Positions 1 to 10,911 of a DNA stretch of 64,000 nucleotides are shown here, in pieces. How positions within the stretch are numbered: the stretch's first letter is position 1; each line of letters begins with the position of its first letter. Origin of the DNA: an uncultured Chroococcidiopsis sp. (GTDB taxonomy: Bacteria > Cyanobacteriota > Cyanobacteriia > Cyanobacteriales > Chroococcidiopsidaceae). The stretch is taken from assembly GCA_964248365.1 (NCBI GenBank), contig CAXTYC010000010.1:1-64000 (forward strand), read 5' to 3'. The position numbers and the translations under genes are program-made. The notes under the pieces are model-generated. The model had not been told where the DNA came from, searched no databases, and saw nothing but the letters and a program-made list of their open reading frames with translations.

Positions 1-269
1 GACGGATTAAAAACCTGAGACAGAGAATTTATCGAGCAACCCAGAACGAGCAGTGAAATAAGGTTGGCTGCCTTATGAAACTAATGATACGTAGTTACTC
101 CAACCTGCTGCTATCTGTGCGAAGAGTAACCCAAATGAACGCCGAGAGAAAGACGGCTGGCATCGATGGTCAGACGGCAACTACCCCCGCAGAAAGGGTG
201 AATCTCATCAAGGAAATGAAGGAACACACCCTATGGAAAGCTCACCCTGCTAGAAGGATATACATTCCA
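1..269 (+). pseudogene. Group II intron reverse transcriptase/maturase N-terminal remnant
   Basis: Frame reads LRQRIYRATQNEQ*NKV...LLSVRRVTQMNAERKTAGIDG...ARRIYIP, the RVT_N/RT0 signature. In-frame TGA at 54-56, and homology stops just before the expected RPLGIP motif. Confidence 0.85.
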
Positions 270-282
270 ATAGATCCCAATA

Positions 283-552
283 CAGGGCTGACGAGAGATG
301 AGACTTTAAAAATAAAGACAGCCACGAGGCTTCGCCTGACGCATAAAAATAAGGTTCCAGCTCTCATCATCTAGATCTTGCACTACACAACCCGTATTTT
401 AAAAACAGGGCTGGAACCTTATTTTTAAAGTCTCATCTCTGGGGCTGTCTTTATGCGCGACGTTTTGGGATTCGAGGAAAGGCGGTGGGAGTACTAAAGC
501 GCCGACACGCGCGGGTTGCTGACCCCCAAAAGCTTGCTTTTTTATGCGTCAG
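283..552. repeat. Scrambled inverted-repeat block, possibly a MITE/IS-end remnant
   Basis: Segments 294-313, 312-323, 336-349 and 345-361 have reverse complements at 420-440, 443-453, 539-552 and 410-426. Confidence 0.6.
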
Positions 553-611
553 TTGATGACCATATTTGTCAGGAGCCAAAAGGCGGGGTTGAATGTTTTT
601 CTTTGTGAGAA

Positions 612-1626
612 TCATTTATCCAACCATTTTTTGCAACAGAACCGTAAAATACTGATTTGGCTAATATATCTTACCAAAGGAAATCGTGATGCAAATCGCT
701 GTAAAATTGGTAGCAACAATCCGAGGGCAAACATCAGCGGAAAATATTTGTACGGTAAACGAAACCACTCGATGGGGAAAATTCCTAAGAGCGCCATACA
801 ACCAAAACTCAATCGGATTATTTACAAAAAAGCGCGTTATGCCAATTTCAGAAAATTCTGGCATGGTTGGGGCAACATCTGCTGTAATTACTGCGCCTTT
901 AGGAGATGATTCTAGCACTTGGGGTAATATAGCTAGGACAGCAACAGCAATGCCAGTAGCACTGAATAAATAATCTCGTCGGAACTTAAGTCGTCCATCC
1001 CAACGCCAGAATCAAAAGAAACAAAATTGCAGTGATTATTATCACTCCTGAAGGATAAAATAATCCTAAAAGTGCGATCGCTACTAGAAAAGGAAACAAA
1101 GAGCAGCGTAATAAATAATACAAAAAAGCTAAAAACAGCGGATACATGAAAGCTCTAGCTGTACCAGAAATTATATCATCTTTTAGCCATAGGTTTTGGT
1201 TTAGCAGCAAGGTAGAAATAAAGCCAGCCAGTGGTACTGGCATCAGTTGCAAGCAGACACCAAAACAGTAAATTGTTGTGATTAGTGTTAATATAAAAGG
1301 TAAGATTTTACTGAAAAAAACTGCATCAATACCAACTGCTGCCATCAGCTGATAAAGTTTGCTGTAACGTGGTGAACTGACAGATTGAAAATAATCTGCT
1401 ATTAGATTATTAGGAAACAAAGCGGGATCTATAAACCGCCGCATCCAAAATACGTGCTGCGTGCATTATCTTGTACGACTTACTCACTACTAAAGGTAGT
1501 CTTTAATCCATGCTAACTAAATATAGCAGCACAAGTCAGACTTAAGCAGAACCAAAAAGTTAACTGTCGATTGGTAGTCTTGTCAACAGGAGTTGTTAAA
1601 AATTTACGTAAAAGTGGTATCAGCAT
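612..1626 (-). pseudogene. Multi-pass membrane protein pseudogene (probable GT-C-like/polysaccharide-associated)
   Basis: ATG at 1626 followed by internal stops and frameshifts. Pieces 986-1444, 661-918 and 612-812 read as consecutive hydrophobic parts of one protein. Confidence 0.7.
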
Positions 1627-1683
1627 AGCGATCATTTATCAACTACCAATGAACAATTATCAATTATCAATTATCAATGAACA

Positions 1684-1794
1684 ATTAGCTTTTAGCTTTT
1701 AGCTAGATAGCAACTGATAGACTAATGAATATCAAAGACCACCATCTGCAAGGGAACTATGGATCAGCTAACGGCTAACAGCTAACCGCTAATT
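1684..1794 (+). repeat. Heptamer-armed dispersed repeat, copy 1 (others at 5848-6002 and inverted at ~63525-63690)
   Basis: (TTAGCTT)n arm, core GACTAATGAATATCAAAGAC..CAAGGGAA, then a (GCTAACA/GCTAACC)n arm. Confidence 0.65.
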
Positions 1795-1808
1795 GATAAT
1801 TGATTCGG

Positions 1809-2831
1809 TCAAATGCTTTGTGGCATCCAGGTAGGACCATTGCAGCGTGGACCATCTGGTGTCCAAATGAGTTTGTCGATGCACATCCGCCGTGCTGACC
1901 TACTTGTATCCCAGGCATGGTAAATAATATACTCAGTTTGACCGTCAGGTCCAATAACGATTGAGTTGTGACCAGGACCGAGTACGCGATCGCTCACTGA
2001 CTTCAACACTCTAGGATTTGCTTCATTACCCGTATCCCAGTAAGGACCTATTACGCCGTCTGCAACTCCATAGTCTACGCCGTAGTTCTCACTCTCCCAT
2101 CGTCCACCGCTGTAAAAACAGTAGTAGCGACCTTGATGTTTGCGGACACAAGGACCTTCCAAAGTGTGCCAATCATAAATTCCACCGTACATCGGACGAT
2201 TCGCTTGAAACCGCTGCCAATCACAACGCGCTCTCAAAACAACGGCTCCAGCGCCCTTGAGCTTAGTCATGCCTTGCAGTTGGTCTACCATCAGTGCTGT
2301 TCCTACGCGCGCTCCTCCTTCGGTGTCCAGAAAATCACGCGCATAGAACAAGTACCACTGTCCGTCATCATCACAAAAGGGGTGCGGATCGATAGCGAAT
2401 GGGCAATCCTTAAGGGTTAGTAGCGGCTCACCGATATCCTGATAGGGTCCGAGGGGATGATCGCTAGTAGCGACACGCAGCTGATGATTCTTGTCCTCAT
2501 GCCCTACTGAGTAGTATAGATAAAACGTGCGATCGCAAAGGGCGACTTCAGGAGCCCAGAAGTTATCGCCCAGAGCCGCGTCTGGTCGCAGCAGCGCGTT
2601 ACCAGCATTCTTCCAATTTACAAAGTCGTCGGAGCGCAAAAGTGGAAAAACGCGCTCCAAATCGATTTCGTCCACCTGTCCTTCTGCTTCCGCAGAGCCA
2701 GTACCAATGGCATAGTACACGCCTTGGTACTCCCAAACGAATGGATCAGCAAAATAACCAGGGTAAACCGGATTAGTGTATATTCTTCGTGTTTCGTTAA
2801 CGGCTTCAGGCGTTGGCTCAGTTTGAGACAT
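1809..2831 (-). CDS. Glycoside hydrolase family 43 protein
   Basis: FADPF, FWAPEV, AIDPHPF, LEGP and GPGHNS motifs. Confidence 0.92.
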   Translation of the reverse strand: MSQTEPTPEAVNETRRIYTNPVYPGYFADPFVWEYQGVYYAIGTGSAEAEGQVDEIDLERVFPLLRSDDFVNWKNAGNALLRPDAALGDNFWAPEVALCDRTFYLYYSVGHEDKNHQLRVATSDHPLGPYQDIGEPLLTLKDCPFAIDPHPFCDDDGQWYLFYARDFLDTEGGARVGTALMVDQLQGMTKLKGAGAVVLRARCDWQRFQANRPMYGGIYDWHTLEGPCVRKHQGRYYCFYSGGRWESENYGVDYGVADGVIGPYWDTGNEANPRVLKSVSDRVLGPGHNSIVIGPDGQTEYIIYHAWDTSRSARRMCIDKLIWTPDGPRCNGPTWMPQSI

Positions 2832-3100
2832 TGTTAGTCCTTAAATTCTTATTGAACCTGATAGCCGTCAAGCTTAAATAAATTGCAGCAAGTATGCTAC
2901 AGACAAAAGATAGAACGTGGCTATTTTAAATGTAATAGCATTGTGGTTAAGCTTTAATCTCTAAAATAGAGGATATAAAAAAACAAACCCTGCTTAGGAT
3001 TTACTGTGTCTTATCCTCTATTTGCTCTTTAAATCTTACAGAGCAAGCGTAAGGGCTATTAGGCTAGCTCAAAACTACACAATCAATGATATCTCCCATT

Positions 3101-3186
3101 ATCCCCCCCTTAAAAAAGGGGAGGACACTTGTGGGGGAAGGGTTTCCCGACAGGAGGCAAAGTGTCCGTGGGCAAGGGGGGATCTA
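3101..3186. repeat. CCCCCCTTAAAAAGGGGG-type small dispersed repeat with a nested palindromic insert
   Basis: C-run/G-run hairpin ending GGGGGGATCT, with an internal GGACACTT...AAGTGTCC inverted repeat. Confidence 0.6.
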
Positions 3187-3217
3187 ACAAGGGCTAAAAG
3201 AGTGAAAAAATAGATTT

Positions 3218-4024
3218 TTAGTACTTGAAATTTATGTACGTTTCAGCTTTTCCCTTTGGTAAGTGCTCCACCACTTGGCATCGCAGTAATTGCCTTGTAT
3301 GTTCTGGCAGGCTCTCGTAATAGTCACGCGGGATAGTTAAGTCCACTTTTGGCGTGTGCAACCAATGCATCGCGTAGCCCATCACAATCATTGGTCTTGG
3401 TTGGTTTGTCCGGTTTGGCGATCCTCGGTGCAGCGCCAAGGGTGTTCGGATTGCTACGTCACCTGGCTTCATATAAAAGGATTCTATCGGGATATCCCCA
3501 TTCGCTACCCCCACTTGCGCCTCGTCATGCGGTATAATATGTGTCCCACGAGCCATTTGGAAAGGTCCGTTTTCTGGTGTTACTTCAACTAGTGGGAAGT
3601 TAACTGCCAGGGCGTAGAGTGGCGTTACTATCCGATCCGAGAAGAGTGGACGATAATCGCGGTGGATTTCTTGATAATCCGAGCCGTTTAGGGGAATATC
3701 AGCTCCCAATTGAACCATTACATATTCCTGAGAGAATACGCGATCAAGGATGCCAAGGATAACTGGATTGGCGAAAACTTCCTGATTGGAGAATGGAGCT
3801 ATCCAAGGCAATGTGAGATAGTAGCGAGCTTGTTCGCGGGGAGCTAGCCCACCTGATTGATTTTGGCGCTCTTGGAATAATCTATCAAAAGCGATCGCCC
3901 ACTCGTCAATCAGCTTTTTGTCAAAAAGTCCCCGAATCACACAAATTCCGTCTCGATTTAGTTCCTGCGCGAATCGATCCAGGTCAGTAGCCGTATATCT
4001 AGCTTGATCTATGCTTTGAATCAT
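3218..4024 (-). CDS. Phytanoyl-CoA dioxygenase (PhyH) family Fe(II)/2OG oxygenase
   Basis: QEIHRD (HxD), ENGP...GTH and LHRGSPN...R motifs. Confidence 0.88.
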   Translation of the reverse strand: MIQSIDQARYTATDLDRFAQELNRDGICVIRGLFDKKLIDEWAIAFDRLFQERQNQSGGLAPREQARYYLTLPWIAPFSNQEVFANPVILGILDRVFSQEYVMVQLGADIPLNGSDYQEIHRDYRPLFSDRIVTPLYALAVNFPLVEVTPENGPFQMARGTHIIPHDEAQVGVANGDIPIESFYMKPGDVAIRTPLALHRGSPNRTNQPRPMIVMGYAMHWLHTPKVDLTIPRDYYESLPEHTRQLLRCQVVEHLPKGKAETYINFKY

Positions 4025-4224
4025 TTTGCTGTACTCTCTAACTCATGGCGTTAGAGTCAAGTTGAATATAGTTTTCAAATTGAAGCCCAATAGGTCTTTG
4101 CTGAAAGTATTTTTTCATCCTTTCATTAAAAAGTAACCTACTATACTATTATAATTATTCCTTTGGGTAGAAGCAAAATAGCACCACTTGTCACAAAATT
4201 TTAAACTCTTCAAATGGGTGTGAA

Positions 4225-4730
4225 TACGAGACCGTTGCTGTTAACGATGGTTCAAGTAATAGTACTGGGAGAATTTTGTGATCGCGCACTGATATTAAAC
4301 TAATTGAGCATGGGAGAAACCGAGGCTATGGTACAGCACTCAAAATAGGAATTTGTCACACCCGTTACGCGCTAATTGTGATTACCGACGCTGATAGTAC
4401 CTATCCCAATGCCAGAATTCCCCACTTAGTAACATTGGCTGCAGGGGGCAGATATAGTAGTGGGGGCAACAATTGGCGCTAATGTTCAGTATTCAACTCT
4501 ACGCAAAATTCCGAAATGGTTTCTTGTTCGATTTGCTCAGTGAGTGTCAAGGCATTATATCCCAGATTTGAATAGTGGGATGCGGGTAGTTCGCAAGTCA
4601 GCAGTAGAAAGATTTTTGAAGGTTTTATCCGATACCTTCAGTTTTACAACTACTATTACGATTGCGATGTTGACGAATGGTTATGTCCATTACCAACCAA
4701 TTGACTATCGATATCGCGTCGGTAAAAGCA
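4225..4730 (+). pseudogene. Glycosyltransferase family 2 remnant
   Basis: Fragments VNDGSS, HGRNRGYGTALK, ITDAD, DLNSGMR and RVGKS, with a frameshift, an internal TGA at ~4541 and no 5' end. Confidence 0.8.
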
Positions 4731-4834
4731 ATACGAATAGCGTATTGTGTACCTTTCAAAATCATCATCGCTTTACTCAGAGCGGAAATTGGTAGTTGGT
4801 AATTGGTAATAGGTAATTGCTTTTTAATTACGAA

Positions 4835-5821
4835 TTACGAATTATTATAGTATTCTTGATACCACTTGACAAAACGAGCAATGCCATCTTTTATAGGTGT
4901 AGAAGGCTTAAAACCTACATCTTGCATTAAATCGTCTACATTGGCATAAGTGCATGGCACATCACCAGGTTGGATAGGTAATAAATTCGTTTTTGCTGTT
5001 TTACCGATCGCCTGTTCAATTATCTGAATAAATGTCATCAAATCAACAGGATTATTGTTACCAATATTGTAAATTTTGTAAGGAGCAAGAGCTTGAGCTT
5101 GATGATTTAGTTGGGGAGGCTTAAACATTACTCTTACCACACCTTCAATCACATCATCAACATAAGTGAAGTCGCGCTTCATTTTGCCAAAATTATAAAC
5201 ATCAATCGGCTTACCTGCATCGATTGCTTTAACAAATTTGAAGTAAGCCATATCAGGTCGTCCCCAAGGACCATATACTGTGAAGAAGCGTAGCCCAGTT
5301 GTAGGTAGATGATATAAATGGCTGTAGACATGGGCAATTAATTCATTTGCCTTTTTAGTAGCAGCATACAGCGAAATGGGATGATCGACGCGATCGCCGA
5401 CACAGAATGGTACTTTCGTGTTTGCTCCATAAACTGAACTAGAGGAGGCGAATACTAGATGCTTGACTTGACTATGACGACATCCTTCCAATAAATTGAC
5501 AAAACCGGAAAGATTACTATCTGCATAGGCGAAAGGATTTTCTAAGGAATAGCGTACTCCCGCCTGTGCTGCTAAATTGACAACATAATCAAATTTGTGG
5601 GTGTGAAATAACTCTAACAGGCGATCGCGCGAGGCTAAGTCGAGTAACTCAAAAGTAAATTTAGCTTTGCGCTGAAGTTGAGCTAATCTATCTTTTTTCA
5701 AACTCACGTCATAGTATTCATTCAGGTTGTCGATGCCATATACATCGATCCCATCTAAAAGTAAGCGTTGAGCTAAATGATAACCGATAAATCCTGCAAC
5801 TCCAGTCACTAATATTTGCAC
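4835..5821 (-). CDS. NAD-dependent epimerase (UDP-glucuronate 4-epimerase-like)
   Basis: GVAGFIG, LAAQAGVRYS, YAATK and GPWGRPDMA motifs. GTG start at 5821 follows AGGAG. Confidence 0.93.
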   Translation of the reverse strand: MQILVTGVAGFIGYHLAQRLLLDGIDVYGIDNLNEYYDVSLKKDRLAQLQRKAKFTFELLDLASRDRLLELFHTHKFDYVVNLAAQAGVRYSLENPFAYADSNLSGFVNLLEGCRHSQVKHLVFASSSSVYGANTKVPFCVGDRVDHPISLYAATKKANELIAHVYSHLYHLPTTGLRFFTVYGPWGRPDMAYFKFVKAIDAGKPIDVYNFGKMKRDFTYVDDVIEGVVRVMFKPPQLNHQAQALAPYKIYNIGNNNPVDLMTFIQIIEQAIGKTAKTNLLPIQPGDVPCTYANVDDLMQDVGFKPSTPIKDGIARFVKWYQEYYNNS

Positions 5822-5847
5822 TACTAATTTTCTCCTGCACAATTATC

Positions 5848-6002
5848 AATTAGCTTTTAGCTTTTAGCTTTTAGCGATTAGCGGTTAATGAGCTTGCCAG
5901 TAGTAACACAATTGACTAATAAGTATTAAAGACACAAGGGAAACTAGAAATCTCGCTACACCAATAAACTAACAGCTAATAGCTAACAGCTAACCGCTAA
6001 TT
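5848..6002 (+). repeat. Heptamer-armed dispersed repeat, copy 2
   Basis: Same arms and GACTAATAAGTATTAAAGAC..CAAGGGAA core as 1684-1794. Confidence 0.65.
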
Positions 6003-6157
6003 TATAATTGTATCTGTCGCGTAGCCCAATTTATCGCCTTACCCGCCATGCCCGTTTTTTCAAGGCTATCCCCTTAACAACTAATTGCGAGCTTAGCAGC
6101 TGGCTAATTAAAACAAAAATGTTAAGATCCAGCGTTAGGATTGTAGGGTTAAACGCA

Positions 6158-7591
6158 ATGCCAGAAGTTGGCAATAAAATCAAGTTTGGTACAGATGGCT
6201 GGCGGGGCATTATTGCTGACGATTTCACATTCGAGCGCCTTGCCTTAGTTGCACCGATCGCCGCTCAGGTTTTAGATCAGACCTATGGTGCTAGTGTAGA
6301 TAATAAGACGGTAATTGTGGGTTATGATCGCCGTTTCATGTCAGAACTGTTTGCCCGTAGAGCAGCAGAGGCGGTGGTAGCTGCTGGCTTTGATGTGCTG
6401 CTATCGGAAACGTTCGCCCCAACCCCAGCTTTCAGTTTGGCGGCTTATCAACGCAAAGCTTTGGGTGCTTTGGTAATTACAGCTAGTCATAATCCTGGTA
6501 CATACTCAGGGTTAAAAGTCAAGGGGGCTTTTGGGGGATCAGTACCACCGGAAATCACTGGGCAAATAGAAGCATTGCTAGCAACTGAGCAAAATACGTC
6601 TTTCCCGACTGGCAAGTTAGAAACATTTAATCCTTGGGCTAGTTACTGCGAAACTCTGCGAGCAAAAGTAGATATCGATCTAATTCGCTCTTGCATTACA
6701 CAAGGCAAGCTAACAGTTTTTGCCGATGTAATGCACGGTGCGGCGGCGGGGGGATTGGAGCAACTGTTAGAAGTGCCAGTAAGAGAAATAAACAGCAATC
6801 GCGATCCCTTGTTCGATGGTGGTGCGCCGGAACCTTTGCCACGCTATATTGACAAGCTATTTAATTTAATCCGCACTCATGACAGGGATGAAGCCAGTTT
6901 AGCAGTAGGATTAGTATTTGATGGCGATGGCGATCGCATAGCAGCCATTGATGGACAGGGAAATTTCCTCAGTTCTCAAATATTGATTCCCATCTTGATT
7001 GAACACCTGGCAGTCAAACGCAAATTGAGGGGCGAATTGGTGAAAACTGTCAGTGGTTCTGACTTGATGCCTCGTGTGGCGGCTTTATATCAGCTACCAG
7101 TATTTGAAACACCCGTTGGTTATAAATACATCGCCGACCGGATGCTAGAAACCCAGGTATTGCTAGGTGGTGAAGAATCAGGTGGGATCGGTTACGGAAC
7201 CCACATCCCAGAAAGAGATGCTTTATTGTCGGCGCTATATGTGCTAGAAGCGATCGCCTCTTCGGGGCAGGATTTAAGCGAATTATATCAAAGATTGCAA
7301 ACACAAACCAACTTTGTCTCGGCATACGATCGCATCGATCTACCGCTGGCGAGTATGGAAGTGCGATCGCGTTTGCTAGAACAACTACAAAATCAGCCTT
7401 TAAAAGAAATTGCAGGCAAAGCAGTAGTAGATTGCCAGACAATTGACGGCTATAAATTCCGTTTAGCCGATCAAAGTTGGCTGATGATTCGCTTTAGTGG
7501 TACTGAACCTGTCTTACGTCTGTACTGCGAAGCTCCTACCATCGAGCAAGTAGAACAAACTCTCGCTTGGGCGAAACATTGGGCGGAATGA
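6158..7591 (+). CDS. Phosphoglucomutase/phosphomannomutase
   Basis: FGTDGWRG, TASHNP, FDGDGDR, GEESGG and RFSGTEP motifs. Start moved to ATG 6158. Confidence 0.95.
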   Translation: MPEVGNKIKFGTDGWRGIIADDFTFERLALVAPIAAQVLDQTYGASVDNKTVIVGYDRRFMSELFARRAAEAVVAAGFDVLLSETFAPTPAFSLAAYQRKALGALVITASHNPGTYSGLKVKGAFGGSVPPEITGQIEALLATEQNTSFPTGKLETFNPWASYCETLRAKVDIDLIRSCITQGKLTVFADVMHGAAAGGLEQLLEVPVREINSNRDPLFDGGAPEPLPRYIDKLFNLIRTHDRDEASLAVGLVFDGDGDRIAAIDGQGNFLSSQILIPILIEHLAVKRKLRGELVKTVSGSDLMPRVAALYQLPVFETPVGYKYIADRMLETQVLLGGEESGGIGYGTHIPERDALLSALYVLEAIASSGQDLSELYQRLQTQTNFVSAYDRIDLPLASMEVRSRLLEQLQNQPLKEIAGKAVVDCQTIDGYKFRLADQSWLMIRFSGTEPVLRLYCEAPTIEQVEQTLAWAKHWAE

Positions 7592-7597
7592 TGAGAG

Positions 7598-7680
7598 GGG
7601 GAATCAGGGGAGAGTGGGAATCAGGGGAGATGGGAAGATGGGAAGATGGGGAATCAGGGGAGAGTGGGAGCAGGGGAAGA
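7598..7680. repeat. Purine-rich short tandem repeats (STRR-like)
   Basis: GGGAATCAGGGGAGA and GATGGGAA iterations. Related (CTAGCCC)n, (ATTGGTA)n and (AAAAGGG)n runs at ~8400-8510, 9860-9920, 22590-22780, 57165-57280 and 59890-60080. Confidence 0.8.
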
Positions 7681-7796
7681 TATGACAAATAAATATTCTG
7701 TCTCCTGACTTGGAGACTTTTTACCTCCTCATTTCCTCATCTCCTTACCTCCTCACCTCCTCACCTTTTCACTCTTACGACTTGTTTGAGATACTT

Positions 7797-8384
7797 ATGA
7801 ATCCATTGGTATTAGTGGTGGCTACTGGTAATCCTGGTAAGTTGAAAGAAATGCAGGCTTACTTGGCTAATTTGGGTTGGGAATTAACTCTCAAGCCAGA
7901 GAAATTGGAAATTGAGGAGACTGGTGAAACTTTTGCGGCAAATGCTTGCCTAAAAGCTTCACAAGTGGCAAAAGCAACAGGTAACTGGGCGATCGCCGAT
8001 GATTCGGGTTTACAGGTAGATGCTCTGGGTGGCGCTCCTGGCGTATTTTCTGCTCGTTATGGCAAAACAGACTCCCAGCGAATTTCAAGGCTGCTAGAGG
8101 CGTTAAAAGACCAATCACAGCGACAAGCTCAATTTGCCTGTGCCATAGCGATCGCGCGTCCTGATGGGGCGATCGCTCTTCAAGCAGAAGGAATTTGTCG
8201 CGGTGAAATTCTTCATACCCCTCGTGGTACTGGAGGATTTGGCTACGATCCAATTTTCTACGTCCCACAAGCCCAAATGACCTTTGCCGAAATGCCCCCA
8301 GAATTAAAGCGGGTTCTTAGCCATCGCGGACAAGCCTTCAAAGCTCTCATCCCCCAACTAAAGGAAGAGAGCAGGGGAAGCTGA
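7797..8384 (+). CDS. rdgB: Non-canonical purine NTP pyrophosphatase (RdgB/HAM1)
   Basis: ATGNPGK, DDSGL, GFGYDPIF and SHRG motifs. Confidence 0.95.
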   Translation: MNPLVLVVATGNPGKLKEMQAYLANLGWELTLKPEKLEIEETGETFAANACLKASQVAKATGNWAIADDSGLQVDALGGAPGVFSARYGKTDSQRISRLLEALKDQSQRQAQFACAIAIARPDGAIALQAEGICRGEILHTPRGTGGFGYDPIFYVPQAQMTFAEMPPELKRVLSHRGQAFKALIPQLKEESRGS

Positions 8385-8511
8385 GGGAGCAAAAGGGAGC
8401 TGAGGGAGAAATTATGATTTCCCTTTTCCCTTTCCCGTTTTCCCTTTAGTGCCTTTTGCCCCCTTTTGCCTCCTTTTGCCTCCTTTTGCTTCCTCTAGCC
8501 CCTAGCCCCTT

Positions 8512-8931
<420 letters not shown>

Positions 8932-9067
8932 TCACAACATAATGCATTCAAGGAAAGATATAGCAGCTATTTAGTTTAATACCTCCACAGCCCTATTTTT
9001 TATAACTGTTGAAACAAGCCGTTGTTAGCTCGAACTTTCTAAATAACATTCCTTCAGCAATTTATTA

Positions 9068-9081
9068 GTATAAATTGCTAC
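9068..9081. promoter_or_regulatory. Putative NtcA box upstream of glnB
   Basis: GTATAAATTGCTAC matches GTA-N8-TAC; glnB is a known NtcA target. The -10 box at canonical spacing is imperfect. Confidence 0.6.
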
Positions 9082-9124
9082 AACTATTCGGTTAATTACC
9101 GCCACCGGATGCTAGGATGGCGGC

Positions 9125-9664
9125 TTAACGACTGGACAAGAGGGGACGGACAAGAAAATATCCTGCGCCAAAAGCTGTAAATATTACCAGTAAGATAGCG
9201 ATCGCCAATCTCCAACCACTAAGTTCTAAAGCATTTTCAGGTTGGAAGCGGCGACGGTAGTAGGATTGCTCTACTTGCTCTACTTGTGTAAACCCATTTT
9301 CTACAGCCTTGAGGTTAGCGAATGATGCTTTAGAACTTTGATGCATAGAACGCGGCGAGGAAACCGGACGACTTGATCTGGGTTTAGATTGTGAATGGGG
9401 ATAATAGACATCAACAGGTTGAACAGGGGTAGCATCAATTACTCGCTGTAGGTGCATAACATACTCAACAACTTTTTCAATTTCTTGTCGTAGCTGTTGA
9501 TTTTGTTTTGCTAGCTGCTGGTTTTGAGCATTGAGAGAGTTTAACATTGCAGTAGCAGCTTGCAAATCTGCTGCTAGTTCTCGGTAGACAGACAATGGTA
9601 CACCAGGGGAATAGCTATTTTGTTTAGAGGAATGCTTAGCTCCAGGGTTTATACTTGATCGCAT
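9125..9664 (-). CDS. Hypothetical coiled-coil protein with C-terminal TM helix
   Basis: SVPLSVYREL...QLRQEI coiled coil and a hydrophobic C-terminus. Confidence 0.75.
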   Translation of the reverse strand: MRSSINPGAKHSSKQNSYSPGVPLSVYRELAADLQAATAMLNSLNAQNQQLAKQNQQLRQEIEKVVEYVMHLQRVIDATPVQPVDVYYPHSQSKPRSSRPVSSPRSMHQSSKASFANLKAVENGFTQVEQVEQSYYRRRFQPENALELSGWRLAIAILLVIFTAFGAGYFLVRPLLSSR

Positions 9665-9905
9665 CGATAGCGCCGCCAATAGAAATAAACTGATTCAGTT
9701 TATCCAGATTTAGCAATAGTGAAACGAGTCTGTAATACTTTGCTCAAATAATGTTCACAATTGCCTCAAAAAGGCAGAAGAAGGATGAAGTGTGAAGTTA
9801 TGAAGTTAGAAGTCTCCAAGTCTCCAAGTCAGAATTGCTGAATTCGGAATTAATGATTCTCCCCTTTTCCCACTCTCCCCTGATTCCCCCTCTAGCCTCT
9901 AGCCC

Positions 9906-10739
9906 CTAGCCCCTAGCCCCTTGATTGTTGCACAGAGGAAAAAAATGTCCCACAGGTCCTTGTCCTTTACCAATGTTGAGCGAGTATTTAAGGGCAGTAG
10001 TAACATATTCCTTTGCCCGTCGCACTGCTGTTGATAGATCGTGGGAGAGGGCAAGATTAGCAGTGATCGCTGCCGCCAGTGTACAACCAGTACCATGTGT
10101 GTTAGTTGTATCTACAGTGGTTGTAGTTAAAGTCTCCAAGTGATTACCATCAAACCAGACATCAACGCCTCGTAAATCCCCCGCCATGCCTCCTCCTTTG
10201 ACTAACACAGCTTTCGCCCCCAGTCGGTAGATATGTTCAGCAGCGGCTTTCATCTGATCAAGAGTATGAATTTCCCCTCCAGTCAATATCTGTGCTTCGT
10301 AACGGTTGGGCGTTACCACAGTGGCTAAAGGAATCAGGGTGTTCCGCAAAGTTGCTACGGCTGCATCATCAATTAGTTGCGCCCCTGTACGCGATACCAT
10401 GACTGGATCGATCACCACATTTTCAATTTTCAAGGCTTGTATCTGCTGTGCTACCGCAGTGATAATTTCCTGATTGAGCAACATCCCAGTTTTAACAGCT
10501 TGAACACCAATATCCTCAACCACTGCTTGAATTTGAGCTACAACAGCTTCTGCGCTTAGTGCATCAACTCGCATTACCCCCAACGTATTTTGGGCTGTGA
10601 TGCAAGTGAGAGCGCTTGTACCATGAACGCAATGAAATGCAAAGGTACGTAAATCAGCTTGCATTCCCGCTCCACCACCACTATCTGAGCCTGCGATCGT
10701 CATCGCAACTGGTACACTTGGCGTTGTCACAGCTAGCAC
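9906..10739 (-). CDS. thiD: Hydroxymethylpyrimidine/phosphomethylpyrimidine kinase
   Basis: IAGSDSGGGAG, DPVMVS, TPNRYEA and THGTGCT motifs. Confidence 0.96.
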   Translation of the reverse strand: MLAVTTPSVPVAMTIAGSDSGGGAGMQADLRTFAFHCVHGTSALTCITAQNTLGVMRVDALSAEAVVAQIQAVVEDIGVQAVKTGMLLNQEIITAVAQQIQALKIENVVIDPVMVSRTGAQLIDDAAVATLRNTLIPLATVVTPNRYEAQILTGGEIHTLDQMKAAAEHIYRLGAKAVLVKGGGMAGDLRGVDVWFDGNHLETLTTTTVDTTNTHGTGCTLAAAITANLALSHDLSTAVRRAKEYVTTALKYSLNIGKGQGPVGHFFPLCNNQGARG

Positions 10740-10911
10740 CTCTAATCACATTGGGGCATGAAAATTATAAAGCCCTCGGAGCATTTTGGATTTTAGATTT
10801 TGGATTTTGGATTGGTAATTGGTAGAGACAAGCGCAGTGCTACGTTTGTACAGGTAATTGGTAGGTTAAGTTCCTTTTGCCTTGCCCCTTTTCCCTTTTT
10901 GTGTTCTCCCA

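Noticed and set aside
1..374. Functional RT, retron or DGR (ORF 75-374)
   Set aside because: Internal stop upstream, truncated before the RT core, the C-terminal residues come from repeat DNA, and no template/variable repeat pair was seen.
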